Assembly: GCA_024704765.1 (NCBI GenBank)
Contig: JAKMXF010000349.1
Span: 62,001-126,000 of the forward strand
Source: Oopsacas minuta
Lineage: Eukaryota > Animalia > Porifera
Reading direction: 5' to 3'
Length of the DNA: 64,000 nucleotides
Shown here one piece after another: positions 1 to 13,061 of this stretch (within the stretch, counting starts at the first letter, position 1; each line of letters starts with the position of its first letter). A program made the position numbers and the translations under genes. Under the pieces are notes generated by a model, which saw nothing but the letters and a program-made list of their open reading frames with translations, made no database searches and was not told the DNA's origin.

Positions 1-1003
1 CAGAATTATCTACACTTATTGATAAATTACATTCTTCTTCTTCATTATCTACCATAGATAAAAGGATATTCAATAAAGTACGTTCGATGGGATATGCATT
101 GCGTAAACAGCACTGATTCTCTTATCACAAATTTCCTACATTACATTTCGAATTCATAGTCCTTGAAATTTTCAATAATTGAGTTTTATTAAAAAATTTC
201 AAACATTTTCATAGGTAAAAATTGTATCAATCTCATAGCTGTTGGGTTTTTATGCTTGTACTGCAGACGTTGATTATTGAAGAATTCATATTTCTTTCGC
301 TTATTGTACGATTTACTTTGTTGATTCTCAAAGTGTTGAACCGTTTCACATTTCTCGCACGCGTGAAATTTTCCGATAGTTGGATTTTTTTATTGTATTC
401 CTATATAACATTTGTTTTATTCTTTAGACTATCCCTGTATAAATTTGTTAACTAGGGTAACAATTTCTTGAAAATTGTTTGATCAACTATTTTATGAGTA
501 TTTCTCCAATATTTGGCTTCATTTCACGTGTTGAGTAATGTCACATCAGTTTTGTCATAATCTTGTATTGCATTCTTGTTCATTACATTACCTAAGCGGC
601 AAAACTATGTCTAGTATGACATGAAGCTATGGATAATACTTTGATCGACTGCAAGGCAATTATTGTATTGAGTATCGTCGATTTCCGTACTATTTTTTTA
701 TATTGATACATCAATTTGTATAGAAATTTTTGAGCAAAACAAATTGTCTCTAATACATATATATTTGAGGTGACCTCTGCTTATTGCTCAACTCTCTGTC
801 TAATGTATTATTATGAATTGTAGCAGGTCCTGATCGTTTTGAAATGTCTTTAGATTGATGATCAAATTCCTCTAGTTAATCAAAAGCATAGTGTCATGTA
901 TTCATGCTAAAGTTGTATTTTGGCTGACTAGATCAAAAGATTAATTTTCTACTATTCGAACAGTTAATAATTCATCATGTCTGATTGAATCATTCAACAG
1001 ATA

Positions 1004-1120
1004 CAGTGAAAGACATTTCATCGGGAGACGGATAAACGTGAGACGCACTTAATTGGGACATTCGGTTATACGTGACAAAATTCCGACTTCGATGACTTCC
1101 CGATTAAGTGTCTTCCACTG
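1004..1120. mobile_element. 117-bp MITE, Tc1/mariner/pogo-type ends
   Basis: Imperfect TIRs: cagtgaaagacatttcatcggga at 1004 versus the reverse complement of the right end, cagtggaagacacttaatcggga. TA on the left flank, TG on the right. Confidence 0.65.
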
Positions 1121-1689
1121 TGCTTCACATATTTTTGATTTATCCACAAGTATATGCTTCTATATTTTGCCTAAAATTCTGGAGTGTACAAGTCCCGATA
1201 ACAGAGTTTGCAACGTATAATGGGAGTCTTGTTGCACTTTACTTCTCGTTTACTCAATCTGCAATCTATAGTATTGCCTGTTAATGTGAATTGTGCATAA
1301 TCCAAGCGCTTTCTATGTTTTCTAATGAATTCATGGACTGGAGATACAAATTTCCCCAAATACATTCATTAATTTTTGTGGAAATGTAAAATCTTTGCTC
1401 GTTTTCGAAAGTAGATTAAGTCTATGGTCGAATTTGACTGTATTTATGCCCAAGAATATTTTGCTATTTCAATCAGTCAGATACTAGTCTGAAACTTTAG
1501 GTAAACGTACGACTATGCTAATACCATTTCTTTGAGACCTTAATTTTATGGAATACAATATGAGCACCAATCGTGCATTAGTTTGAATATATTAGGGACT
1601 TTGCAACACTTGATTTGACGATTGTATATTGTCGTTACTTATTTTCCTTTCTCTACAAAATTTGAAATTTCATCAGATTCCAGGTTATA

Positions 1690-2792
1690 CGAGTGGTACT
1701 CAATAACCTTTGAGCCTAAGAATCAAAAAGTATCAATCTGTATTTATATTTACTATAATTGTTCGAAATAGCATCACTTAGCTTGAATACACTTGTTCAT
1801 TCGTTTAACCAAGCTTGAATAGCTCTTCAAATTCATTTTTCGTTGATGTCTCCGATTATATCTTTGAGGGACCCCAGGATCAGAATTTGGTGAAGATTTC
1901 TGCCTCTAAGGTATTTTTTATTCTATGAAAGAGCCAGAAGTCGCAGGGTGCTAGATCTGGAGAATAAGGGGGGGTAGAAAAATATGTAATCCTGATTCTT
2001 CAATGAATTATCTTGTCATTTTGGATGTATGAGAATTGGTATTAACGTGGCACAAAAAAGGTTCCCCTTATCCTGTGCCAGGACGCTGTAAATTTATTGC
2101 TTTTATGACTAGAGACAAACAACCCTCTGTATACCAGGTTGAATTAATTGTCTTACCGGGTTAAAGAGTACAACAGTTTTGCACACATTTGTTTCTTGGT
2201 GTACTGAGTTCTGCGAACCTTTGTTGGGGGACCTTCTCCAATTTCACACCATTGACGGCTCTGCTGCTTTGTTTCTGGATCATAGTCATAGATCCATGTT
2301 TCATCACCAGTTATTATCTTGGGAAACATCTTTACTGTTGCCATTGTTGAATTTTGCAAGCATTTCATGGCACCATTTCACTCGATTCTGCTTCTGCTTC
2401 TGCTTCTGCTCAGGATGAAGCTAATGTGGGATCCAGCGAGCGGCACAAAGTTTACGTCGCTGAAGGGATTGGTATAAAACGGTGTGCACTGCTCCGGATG
2501 AAATGCCAATTCCGTGCTGAATCCTCTCATATGTAACATTTGGGTCTGCTATCACCATGTTCTCAATTGACTCAACAATTCCCTCTGTAACAGCGTATGG
2601 GGGTGGTCCAGGGCGGGGTTGGTCTTCAAGATGAAAACTCCCACACTTAAATTCTCTGTAACATTTTTTCACTGTTTCCGCTGATACCTTGTTATTTGGA
2701 AAGGCTGTACAGAAATTTTCGTGACATTCTTTTATTGTTTTCAAATGTTGGAACTGAAAAAGTATTATCGCACGAATATCACGCCTTGACAA
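1690..2792 (-). pseudogene. Degenerate mariner (reconstructed DD34D) transposon; 3' TIR present, 5' TIR not found
   Basis: Minus-strand fragments: HTH N-terminus (MSRRDIRAIILFQF...WYREFK-like, RWIPH-like), IITGDETWIYDYDPETKQQS, PYSPDLAPCDFWLF. Stops and frameshifts present; second catalytic D appears mutated to V. Mariner-like terminus TA|CGAGTGGTACTCAATAACC at 1690. Confidence 0.9.
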
Positions 2793-2879
2793 CTATATTG
2801 AGGATTTGGTAACTAAAGAATCCAAGGATAATAAAACTACTGCTATCTGAAAAGTATACAAGATAAAGTTACAAGATTT

Positions 2880-3030
2880 TCAGCAAACAGTACTTTTATG
2901 CACAAGTAAATGTATTACTGATATGTAGAATATCATGTCTCCAAATCAAAATTGCAAATATATTCAAAATGTGCCAATTCTTTGCTTAGTAATCATTATT
3001 TTAAGAAATGGCCCAATCTTTGATCAGCTG
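2880..3030 (-). mobile_element. Lone ~150-bp transposon end (Tc1-like, CAGCTGATCAAAG...), copy 1
   Basis: Ends in ...ctttgatcagctg|TA. Its reverse complement aligns over ~150 bp with 4842-4989. Confidence 0.6.
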
Positions 3031-3403
3031 TAGAACTTTAAATATCACATCTTAGATTTCAAAATTAATGTACGAAATGATGTAAAGATGCTTTTGTAAA
3101 TATGTTAAAATTTTGTCATCATATCGTTGGCGGGCTTGAGTTACTGTAGAGACCATGAATGATAACAATTTATCACATCCAGTTATATGTCGAAAACCCT
3201 CTATGATATACAAAACTTACTATTGCCGATTTCTAGTATAAACCCGATGCCCATACCCTTGTTATACATTTTGAAATAAAATCTGCAAGCAGTATTATTG
3301 CATAATCATCAATAAGCCATATATGGTAATTTTCAGGATTGCTTCATTATCGTAGGAGATTTCATATCAACATGTACTATAAGGAAATGGGAAATCGGGT
3401 ATA

Positions 3404-4698
3404 CAAGGTTAGGCATAAGTTCTGTAACAAAATTTTAATTAAGCTAGATGTTCTGCGAATGGTTTTAGGCGAATATTTATTTATCATATATTATCTTCAA
3501 TAACTTTTTAAACAATATTTAGAGTATTGAGCCCTACTAGAAAAATTTTTGTTGATTTATGGACAAAGAAGCAAACGGTCATGGATAATCTTGTACCATA
3601 ATTAAGGCAAGTCAACTCCGTAATATCAAAAATACTGTCCATAAACAGATGGATAGTATACAGCACAATCAAACGTTACAAGGAGACTGGCAGTACCAGG
3701 ATAGGTTCAGAAAAGGTGACCTAGTTCTGTTCGTACTCCCGCTCTTAGGAAGCTCGTCCGGGAGAGGGTCAAGAAGAACCCTGTCAAAAGCATCTAAGGC
3801 ATTGCAAAAGACTTCAATATTTCAACCAAAAGTATGGGAGGATAGTATAACAGGATTTTGACTTAAAATGCTATAAATTTCGAGAGGTACAGTTACTTTT
3901 TGATGTGAATAAGTGGTGTAGGTATGAAAAATGTCTGATTCTGAGAAAAAGGTTTGCTGGTGGAAGGTAGCAGAGTATTGTCTCCTTCGATGAGAAGATT
4001 TTTACCGTAGAAATGGCATATAATCGCCAAAACAGTCGAATTCTTGCTCCTAATCAAAAGTCTATATCGTCATCAATACGCACAATCAAAGAACTCAGAA
4101 ACCTGCATCGGCCATGGTTTGGGGAGCTATCACCTCTGATGTTCGGTCACCTCTGGTGTTCTTTGACAAAGGGTGATAATTAACAAAGAGGTGTATGTAG
4201 AGAGCATTTTAGAGAACGCATTGAAGCCTTGGGCTGGTGAGCACTTCAATAGCGCGCATTGGGCGTTCCAGCAAGATTCCGCTCCTTCCGACAAAGCCAA
4301 AATGACATCTGAGTGGTTGAAACTCAATGTTCCGGAATTTATATCAACTGAAGAATGGCCGGCCACTTCTCCAGATCTAAACCCTATGGATTTCTGTATA
4401 TAGTCCATCTTACAGTCCAGGGTATGTGCAGAGCCTCACAAGAATTTCGAAAGTCTGAAGTCTTCCTTGAGAAGAGAGTGGGATTTAATCAGTGAAGACG
4501 TGTTGGGTGCTGCTGCCGATAATTTCTACAAGCGATTGAGCCCATGTATCGCAGCAAAGGCCAATACATCGAAGGGGTAGATTAATTTCGTATCCTTAGT
4601 ATGTATATTCACTAATTCATTACAAATTTCAGGTACTTTTATGGTAAGATAAGGAATATACTAGTTTATACTTGTTACAGAACTCATGCCTAACCCTG
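3404..4698 (+). mobile_element. Full-length but decayed maT (DD37D) Tc1/mariner element
   Basis: TIRs caaggttaggcataagttctgtaacaa / cagggttaggcatgagttctgtaacaa, TA on both flanks, 1295 bp. Fragments SFDEKIFTVE and FQQDSAP...WPATSPDLNPMDF with 37 residues between the last two Asp; multiple stops. Confidence 0.92.
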
Positions 4699-4841
4699 TA
4701 TACTATAAATAAACAAGTGATTATCGTATATAATTCAGGGTTTTCGATTTATAAATGGACATAGACAAATTTTTACCATCCATGGTCACTACTGTAACTC
4801 AAACGTGCCAGCTTTATCATTTGTAATTATTTAACTTTCTA

Positions 4842-4989
4842 CAGCTCATCAAAGATAGGGCCAATTTCTCTAAATAATGCTTACTAGTCAAAGAAATTGG
4901 CCCATTTTATTTTGCTTTTTGGATTTGACACATGATATTCTTTACATATCAGTAATACGTTTACTCGGGCATAAAAATAATGTTTGTTC
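4842..4989 (+). mobile_element. Lone ~150-bp transposon end (Tc1-like), copy 2, cut off by the MULE element
   Basis: TA|cagctcatcaaagatagggcc...; inverted homolog of 2880-3030. Confidence 0.6.
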
Positions 4990-7076
4990 GGGGGCGCCTG
5001 CATTAGTTCGAATTTGGACAGTTGCTGTTAGTTCGACAGTAATTTCAGTTAGTTAGTGTTAGTTCGACAGTAATTTCAGACAGTTGGTGTTTGTTCGACA
5101 GTAATTTTATGATTTCATTGGCATTACTCGTAGCTGTGAATTATATTCAATTATTATTCCATTGAAATTTATGGATATTCTTAAGGTTATATCGGATATC
5201 ATTTCGCAATACCTTGAGGTCTTAGCCCAGATACAATGTTTCTTCGATTAGTATAAATAATACATAATAATATAATTATCAAACAACTCCATGGAATACA
5301 AATTTGCAGATTATCAACGCCAGAATTGAAGGATCTTTCAAACTCCAGTTGGTCATAAATATTACAGGTCTAAAGTAAGAGAAAATAATGTTTATCTAAG
5401 ATGTGTTCTTTTCAGAATGGATGTAAAGCTACTGCGAAGTTAAATCTAGTCACTCCTGCTGTAAACCATAATCATGGCATCAGAGAATATCGGTCTGACG
5501 TCTATAAATAAAATCTAAATGTAAGAATCGTGCACGGAACTCGCAGGATAACCTTATAAATTTTTCGATGACGTAACTCGTGAAGATGCTGCAGCGTTTC
5601 ATGTGTCGTTTACTGAATGCGAATCCTCAATGCATCTTTCGAGGAGAGAATTACAACCAAAGATTCCAGCATCTGCAGAATTTTCTGATATGTTTCCAAA
5701 TTCAACATATGGAGCGTTTTATAGATGTACTGTCTCTATCAATGACCACATGGCTATTATATTTTTCTCAGATAATATCCGAACATTATAACTTCAAATA
5801 ACCCACATCCAGTTTGATGGGACATTTTATACTGTTCCAGTCCTTTTTTACCAGCTTTGGACTATATTTCTGTCTGTTGATCGACATGCTTTACCGGGCA
5901 TACACTGTCTAATGACTGGTAAGAATGAGGAACTATACAAAGCAATACTAAATCACATACATCAGCTCTTACCGAACTTCAACCCACTACATCCATGTCC
6001 GATTGGGAAGCTGCTCCTCGTAAGGCTCTGAAATAACTCTTTCCTAATATAAAACTGTTTGGAGGCTGGTTTCATTTTACGCAGCGAATATGGTATAAAA
6101 CTCAGAAACTGGAACATACAGAGAGTTTTAAAGATTATATAGAAGTTTCAAAATATATACGTCAATTAATGAGCACTCCATTTCATCCAGCTAGTCTCAT
6201 CCATCCAACCTACACACTACTTCAATTTCCTACAACTATCATACCTACAGAAGCAATGAAATTGAAGAAACTAAACAAAAACTTCAAAAAGAGAAGGATA
6301 ACCCATGTCAACCCGGAAGAATGATCAATTTTTGACTCAAAATTTACGACAAATAATGGAGCTGAATCTTACCAAGCAAGGCTTAAGGATAGAATTAGGG
6401 CTGATCACCTCAGAATATGGAGTTTTATGACCCATACTAATGAAATAATAATGGAAACAGATAACGAATTTGGGAGGCTGTCCCTAGGTAAGGATACAAC
6501 AGGACCGATAAAAGAGACAAACACTCTAACTGATGGTCGCCGTAGTCGTTGTAAACAAAAATTTCAATTCGGATCCTATACTCCTTGGGAATATATAAAT
6601 GCAGTAAGTCAGACCATTGGAAACATTCGCGATCCACAAGGGGAAGTGGAATTCTCTGACTGTTCAGAAGATTCAGAAACAGATCATATTGATGATGATA
6701 ATAATAACTATCAGAAATGTGTTGTTTGTCAATAACGCACGAACATCGACTTGGATCTTTCTACCTTGCAAACATTCCCAGTACTGTATGGAATGTTGCA
6801 AACAAATCGAAGAACTTGGACAATCCTGTCCCGTCTGTCGGTCTCCAACAGAAAGGAGCTTTGAAATTGTTACCAATTAGCTTCGTTATTGATACATTCA
6901 TAAAATTTTCAACTATTTGTTTAGGACTCATTAAATTCTTTCCAAATAAACATAGATTCTACCTTTTGGTGTAACAACGAAGGTCGGCCAAAATCTTTCT
7001 CCAGCTAACTCCAACTAACTGAAATTACTGTCGAACTAACGTCAACTGTCCAAATTCGAAATAACGCAGCGCTCCC
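4990..7076 (+). mobile_element. Mutator-like element (MULE) with ~65-bp TIRs
   Basis: Left ggggcgcctgcattagttcgaatttggacagttgctgttagttcgacagtaatttcagttagtt matches the reverse complement of ~7010-7076. The left end also has three 31-bp-spaced copies of gttcgacagtaattt (5031, 5062, 5093). No clear 9-bp TSD seen. Confidence 0.85.
5291..6880 (+). pseudogene. Disrupted FLYWCH - MULE DDE transposase - C3HC4 RING finger gene
   Basis: Across frameshifts and stops: GHKYYRSK...YLRC...GCKATAKL...NH (FLYWCH-like); IQFDGTFYTVP..FYQLWTIF and SDWE...GGWFHFTQ (MULE DDE core); CVVC + WIFLPCKHSQYCMECC...CPVCRSP (RING). Confidence 0.85.
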
Positions 7077-7883
7077 TTGTGCGATATGAAACCATTTTGC
7101 ATACGAATGTAATTTATTTCGTAAACTACTATATCCCTGGCCCATTTGATGGTAGGCCTTATATAGAGAAGGCTATGTATGAGTAAACTAAATGCCTAGA
7201 AATTTATCGACCTAATGCTATTTTTCTCGTCAATTTTCTCTAAAAATCCTTAATTAAGATCTTTTTATTGGATAATATGTTAACATTGATTACAGAACAG
7301 AAAATAAAAGATTTGGTTATATTTAACCAAATACTGCCGGGATATTGTGTCATGTTATGACGTTCAAACGGTGCTGAATCTCGAATTCGGTGCGGTGATT
7401 TGTAAAATTAACCTGTTCCTTCTCGTTACGAACGTAAGACTTCGGGTTTAATTGGTTAACTAAGACATTTATGCAAGTGCATCAATTAAAAGTGTCTTAT
7501 CAGAATAACAAATTGAATTTATAATAGAGATTCAGAATACACTCACTACATAAGCAGTTGCGCCACATTGCCGAGGAGAGCAATGTAAATTCACTAATAA
7601 TCCCCAAAATTTGGAAATAGATAACCGTCACTTACTTCCACTAACTAAATAGAGTTATTAATTAAGTGAAAGTAAGATAAATATTTCAACAAACTTGTCA
7701 ATGCTATAAAATACTAGAAAGATTAAAGTTGACCTGTCACTTGATAAAACAGCAAAAATCCTAGTATTTTGTATGACATTCCCCAACATATTTATTCTGA
7801 AGGGGGAAAACAAGACAACAACTGGAAACTGGACAAATGCTGGACATTTCAGAAAATCAGAAATAATTCTAAACTGACCAGGA

Positions 7884-8540
7884 AACGGGAGTATGAATTT
7901 TGTGTGCAGAGACATTTGTATAAAAAGCTAGTGCGACGATTGTGTATAAATAAATGGCACACAAACGTGGCACTAGCAGAGATACAAACTTTCAGGCATA
8001 AACCGTGAGCCTCAGGCTTTTCAACCAATCTCACGTCTATGCCAAAATTTTCGGGAATTTTCAAAGATCCAATGGATTTTTTGGCGCCATATAAATGTAC
8101 TCTTTACAAATCAATAAAGGCTCACGGTTTCTCAAGAGTAATCTCACAAATTCTTGCAGGTAACCGAACGATTTCCTACAGACTCAAAACCTTTCTGACG
8201 GTTTCTGAAGGATTCTTGAACAGCTTAGTGGCATTTACCTTTGTACAAGTTTGACATTAGTGAAATAGAGCTAAAATCAACATAAACACCAATTTGCAGT
8301 TCCATTGATAAATTCTCTTAACTAATCCAACCAAAAGCCCATTCACCAAGTAGATATCGGTTTAAAATACCCAATTTTATAACCAGGAGTTCTAGGAGCA
8401 ATACTAACACTCTTCCAAGGTAAAAGCTAGTGCAACTTTTGTGTATAGGTAAATGTGTACACAAATGTCTTACTGACTGTGCACAAACGTCGCACTAGCT
8501 TTGTCCAAAAATGTCTCTGTAAACAAACGTCGCCTCCGTT
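7884..8540. mobile_element. Degenerate foldback-like MITE with modular palindromic TIRs
   Basis: cagagacattt...aaagctagtgcgacg.ttgtg at ~7905-7945 is inverted at ~8480-8520. The same module recurs in both orientations (8425, 7965). Internal inverted pair aaaccgtgagcct / aggctcacggttt. No TSD found. Confidence 0.5.
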
Positions 8541-8700
8541 AAATACTAATAGTAAAAGTTTACTCTTCAAAGTGGTTGACACAGGCCTGATTTGCTAGTG
8601 CATTGAGCAATTCAAGAATCACGTATTTCCAATGGAATATACTCCAACACCATCTGTGTCGCCTTGATTTCTCTTGGGTAACAAGGTTCAGCATACTTAA

Positions 8701-8975
8701 TTACTAATATGTCAGTTGAAAGCAAGACTAATCATATTTAAAGATTTTGAGTATTAAAATCGTTGGTTTTATGAATTACTTTATATTCATAAATTCAACA
8801 ATAAATTTACATCAGAAAATGAAAATGCGAAATTCGGTTTAAGCGTATCTGATTACTCCAATATGTCTGTTGAAAGCAAGTCTCTACCTACGTGGAGAGG
8901 TTGGGATAATTGGTTGACCTTATAATAATAAAATCAACTATAAATTTACATATAGGACTATTTAAAATGCGAAAC
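8701..8975 (+). repeat. Degenerate tandem duplication, two units of ~140-155 bp
   Basis: aatatgtc[a/t]gttgaaagcaag at 8706 and 8860; tcaac[a/t]ataaatttacat...aaaatgcgaaa at 8795 and 8934. Confidence 0.6.
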
Positions 8976-10360
8976 CGCTTTGGGTGGGGCTCTATGTATA
9001 TCGGTGGCTGCAATTGCGCCTAGGTCATCTGTGGGTCCTATTAGGAGCATTTGTAAATTGGATGTTAAGTGTTGATCCCTGCTTCTGTACAGGCCTTGAA
9101 TTCCTCCGCGAATTTCTTTATCTAACCGTCGTATTCTTCCAGCGGGATGGGAATTATTCATTGAATAGATATTATGGTTGTACAGGATTTTGGCCAATGC
9201 AAATGAGAAACGAGATCTTCTTACAGGGATGTGACACAAATGGGTTTGTGCTAGGCAGGTATGCATATCACTAAACATTGAATATACGCATAAATATTTG
9301 TATTGATTATAAAACGCTTTTGAAAAATGTTCAGAATGTCTGACAAGTATGTATCTCGTAGAGAGTCATAATTTAATGTTCACGGGCCTTGGGGAATTTG
9401 TGTACTGCCCACCCCTCGACGCTACTGGGCACAGGCCGCACCTACTCATGTGAGTGCCCACCAAAATATACGTTGAATTGAATTACAGGTGCGGCCCTAG
9501 CTCTGCTTATCATATATATATATATCGATATCGTAAATTCCAAAAAAGTATTGAAAATATCGTAAAATTATTTTCCGATATTCGTCGATATTTTCTACAA
9601 CCGATATATGGATGTCAATCCTTGACAAAAGTGTTCAAAAGTTAATGAAGTGATGAAATTACTACACGTAAAGCATGCTCTAGTCTAGGGATGTAATTTT
9701 GCTGATGTATTACTTGAGTGCCGAAATTGTCAAGATTGTCATCGAATGTTACAAAATATCAGAAAAAATATTGAAAATATCGGAGGAATTCCCAATAATA
9801 GAATATTTTCTATATTTCAAAATTATCGAGACACGTATTTATCGAAATCGAACATTCCCCCATATATCGTGTTGGATCCGGAGATTTTACAGAAATCGAC
9901 ATTTCTACAAACATAGCCTACGATAGATAAGGCCTCCCATGAATTGTTATTTATGGACTAGGGATGCAATAGCCGATTCAACAACTTTTAAGTAGTTTCT
10001 ATATTAGCCAATTTTGTTAATTACTCGACTTCCAATACACTGATAAAATATTTTGAAATGAAATCTCTGACCATTATTGCGGAATGATAAAATGGCAATA
10101 TATGTGGATATTCACGATTACGTCACTTTGGTAAGACTAGCAATTCGAAATGTAATAATCAAGGTATGGGAAGTCAGGTGTTTACTACAAATTGTCTATC
10201 CTGATTTGAGAATAAATTAACGATTATCGAGGTATAATTGGATATTCAGAAAATATGTGATTCATGGTATCTACTGTAACTCAAAAGAACTAGTCAACTT
10301 TTTTATTTCATATTTTTATACTATGTATAAAGTATTGATTTCATATATATTATTTGTGAA

Positions 10361-12927
10361 CATAAGCGTAGAATTTGCCAAAGTAGGGCGGGCGGCCCCC
10401 CCACCCTCACTTTACTAGAGGTCGATCTAGTCTCCCAGAACAAAGGCTGAATCCACCAAGTAAATTAAAGGTAGCCGCATCATATTCTCAGTTAAATTTA
10501 AAATAATCTCTCATCTGACTTTCATTTTGATCAGAATTATGGATAAATTTGTCCGAAGAGAGCCCAAAAGAGCACGTACAGATGAACCTATGGCTGACAG
10601 TCCATCTGATACCACGCTCGACCTTTCCCTTCCTACAATACCGAAAAAGAACTCGGAATCACTGGGAAGAGAAATATATCTGGCTCGTATACATTTAAAG
10701 AGAAAGGTCACGTGTTTTGTAGGCACTGCAAGTGGTTCAGTGAATCAGGGAAGAGGTTCGCCTCCAATTTCGCCAAAACTACCTTTATATCGGAGGGTTT
10801 TCGAACTGTAAAAAGGCCCTAGAAAAGCTAGCTACACACGAAGTTAGTGATATGCATGAGGCAGTCAGTGCGCATGCTATATTCATTGGACAAAGGCAGG
10901 GGATTGATGCAGTACTATTTTCGAAGAAGCAGCAACAGAAGCTCGTCGCTAGGGAAGCAATGAAGATCATTTTCGATACTTCTAAGACCATGGCCAGACA
11001 AGCAATAGAATTCAGGGGACATACCGAGGTAGATTCTAACTTCTAGCAAATCATACGACTAGTTGCCCGTAGTGGCAGTCACTGTATGCAGTCCTGGTTA
11101 GAGAAAAAGTATGACTGGACAAGCCCGGAGTCTCAGAATGGAATCTGAAGGTGCAGTACAGGGGGGTGATGGCTGTCCTGCTAGACTCGATTAAATGTTC
11201 TCCAGGAGGGCTCTTTGCAGTAATGATAGACGATACTACAGATATCTAATGTAGAACAGATGAGTTTGTGTTTGAGATACGTAAAGGATGCTTTAACCGT
11301 GTCAGAAATCTTCCTAGTTTTCATTGAGACTCCAAGTACCACTGGAGAAAACATGTATAAACAGTTACGTGATTCACTAAATACTCTAGGACTGTCTCTA
11401 GATCAGTGCAGGGGACAGGGATATAATGGGGGCCTCAAATATGATTGGCTGCTTAAAGGGACTGGCTACTAGGGGTATCGAACGACTTTCCATTGGCTGT
11501 ATTCAGCTACTGTAATGGTCATATGCTAAATCTAATGGTTCAAGACGCTTGTAAAGAACCTTACACCGTTAAGGCCTTAGATTTATTGCGTGCTGTAATG
11601 AACTTTGTTAAGGATTCTCCAAAGCGTGAAGCATCCTTCGCTAGCTTACCCAGACTGGAAGAACACAGTGGGTCGGTTGGGTTGAGACCTTTATGTTCAA
11701 CTCGGTGGGTTTGTAGGGAACCAGCTCTGAAATCGTTTGTGCATAATTACGAAAGGCTAATGAAGTGGTTTGCTGAGCTGACGACTGCAGGATGTGTTTC
11801 TGACAAAAGGGTTGCCCTAGAATACCTCAATTCTCTTCGGAAATTCCAAAATTACTTGAGCATTCTTCTACGGCAAAAGATATTCACAACTGTACATTGG
11901 ACACATTTGGCTATCCGGAAACCGAATTTAAGTGTCACGAAATGCACAGAGAAGATTGGCGATCTACTGGCTATACTCAAGGCAGAATGCACTGCCAAGG
12001 CTGGAGCATCCCTCTACCATTCACGCGTTCAAGAAAGCAGGCCAGCCGAAAATGGAGGGTTCGGAATCCTCCAACCGGAAGTCCCTCGGGGATGGAGAGG
12101 GTCATGCAGTGTAGACAATGTCAGGGAATTCCAACCACAGTTCCAACAGAATCCTCTACTTAATGTGCTAAAGATCGAGGAATACTTTGTTGGGCTTTAT
12201 GTGTCAACATTCGAATCCATAATAGAATCAATAGAAGGACGGTACAAGATATCTCCTATCGCCATTTCAATAGAAAAGTATTTAGCTGCCACTAACGAGA
12301 CAGAACTTGAGGAATGCGGAGAATCAATCACCACCATAGCAGCACATGTAGGCTCCAATACTCTTCAACCTAAGATGGAAATGAAACAGTTCGTCGTTAT
12401 GAGATAGAAACAAAAATACCTCTGCTACTTGTGTGGATGAAATAGGAATCACACTTCCTTCCAATACAGCATTGCGCACCATCCTTCAAACACTATCTAA
12501 TGTAATACCACTTGTTTTATTAGTCCCTGCCACCACCTGTACACCTGAGCGCACTTTCAGTTCTTCGTCGTCTTAAAACCTACCTCCGCTCTACAATGAC
12601 ACAAACTCGACTGAATCATTTGGTAGTGATTCATTGCAACAAAGATATTGCAGATTCCCTTGATCTCGACCAGCTGATCGACGAATGGAAAGAAGAGAGT
12701 TCCCATCGGCAGTGCTGTAGCATCAGTAATAGAATCAAAAGAGTGCGAAGTTCAGCCATAGATTCAGAATAGAGTTCATTTTAGTATAATTTAGTATTGA
12801 ATTATGTTATTGAGTTACTCCAAATTATCAATCAAATAGTCTATTGCTTTGACAATTTATCCCAAGACTGATGTCGGCGCAATCGTCCCCTACTTTTCTG
12901 GAAAAAAATGAAAACTCTACGCCTATG
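10361..12927 (+). mobile_element. hAT element (ZMYM1-like/DUF4371 transposase), decayed, with internal deletion
   Basis: TIRs cataagcgtagaattt / cataggcgtagagttt; 8-bp TSD tttgtgaa / gttgtgaa. Fragments MDKFVRREPKRAR, EQMSLCLRYV, CRGQGYNG, YCNGHMLNL, LCSTRW, TRLNHLVVIHCN; many stops and frameshifts. Confidence 0.92.
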
Positions 12928-13061
12928 GTTGTGAATTGAAAGATGCAATATTTAACGTTCTATAACGCATAAACAAATGGCATATTTTCCAGATACATGC
13001 TTTCTAGACACATACATTCACAATTTCTTGAAATTATTTAGCATATTATGGTAGACATATA

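Noticed and set aside
1-1365. Protein-like minus-strand fragments (HACEKC..., KCNK..IRCKLC)
   Set aside because: Interrupted by many stops and not assignable to a family by eye; needs a TBLASTX or HMM search.
8958-9278. Overlapping 96-106-aa ORFs in a relatively GC-rich patch
   Set aside because: No recognisable motif in any frame; possibly an old coding fossil but cannot be supported.
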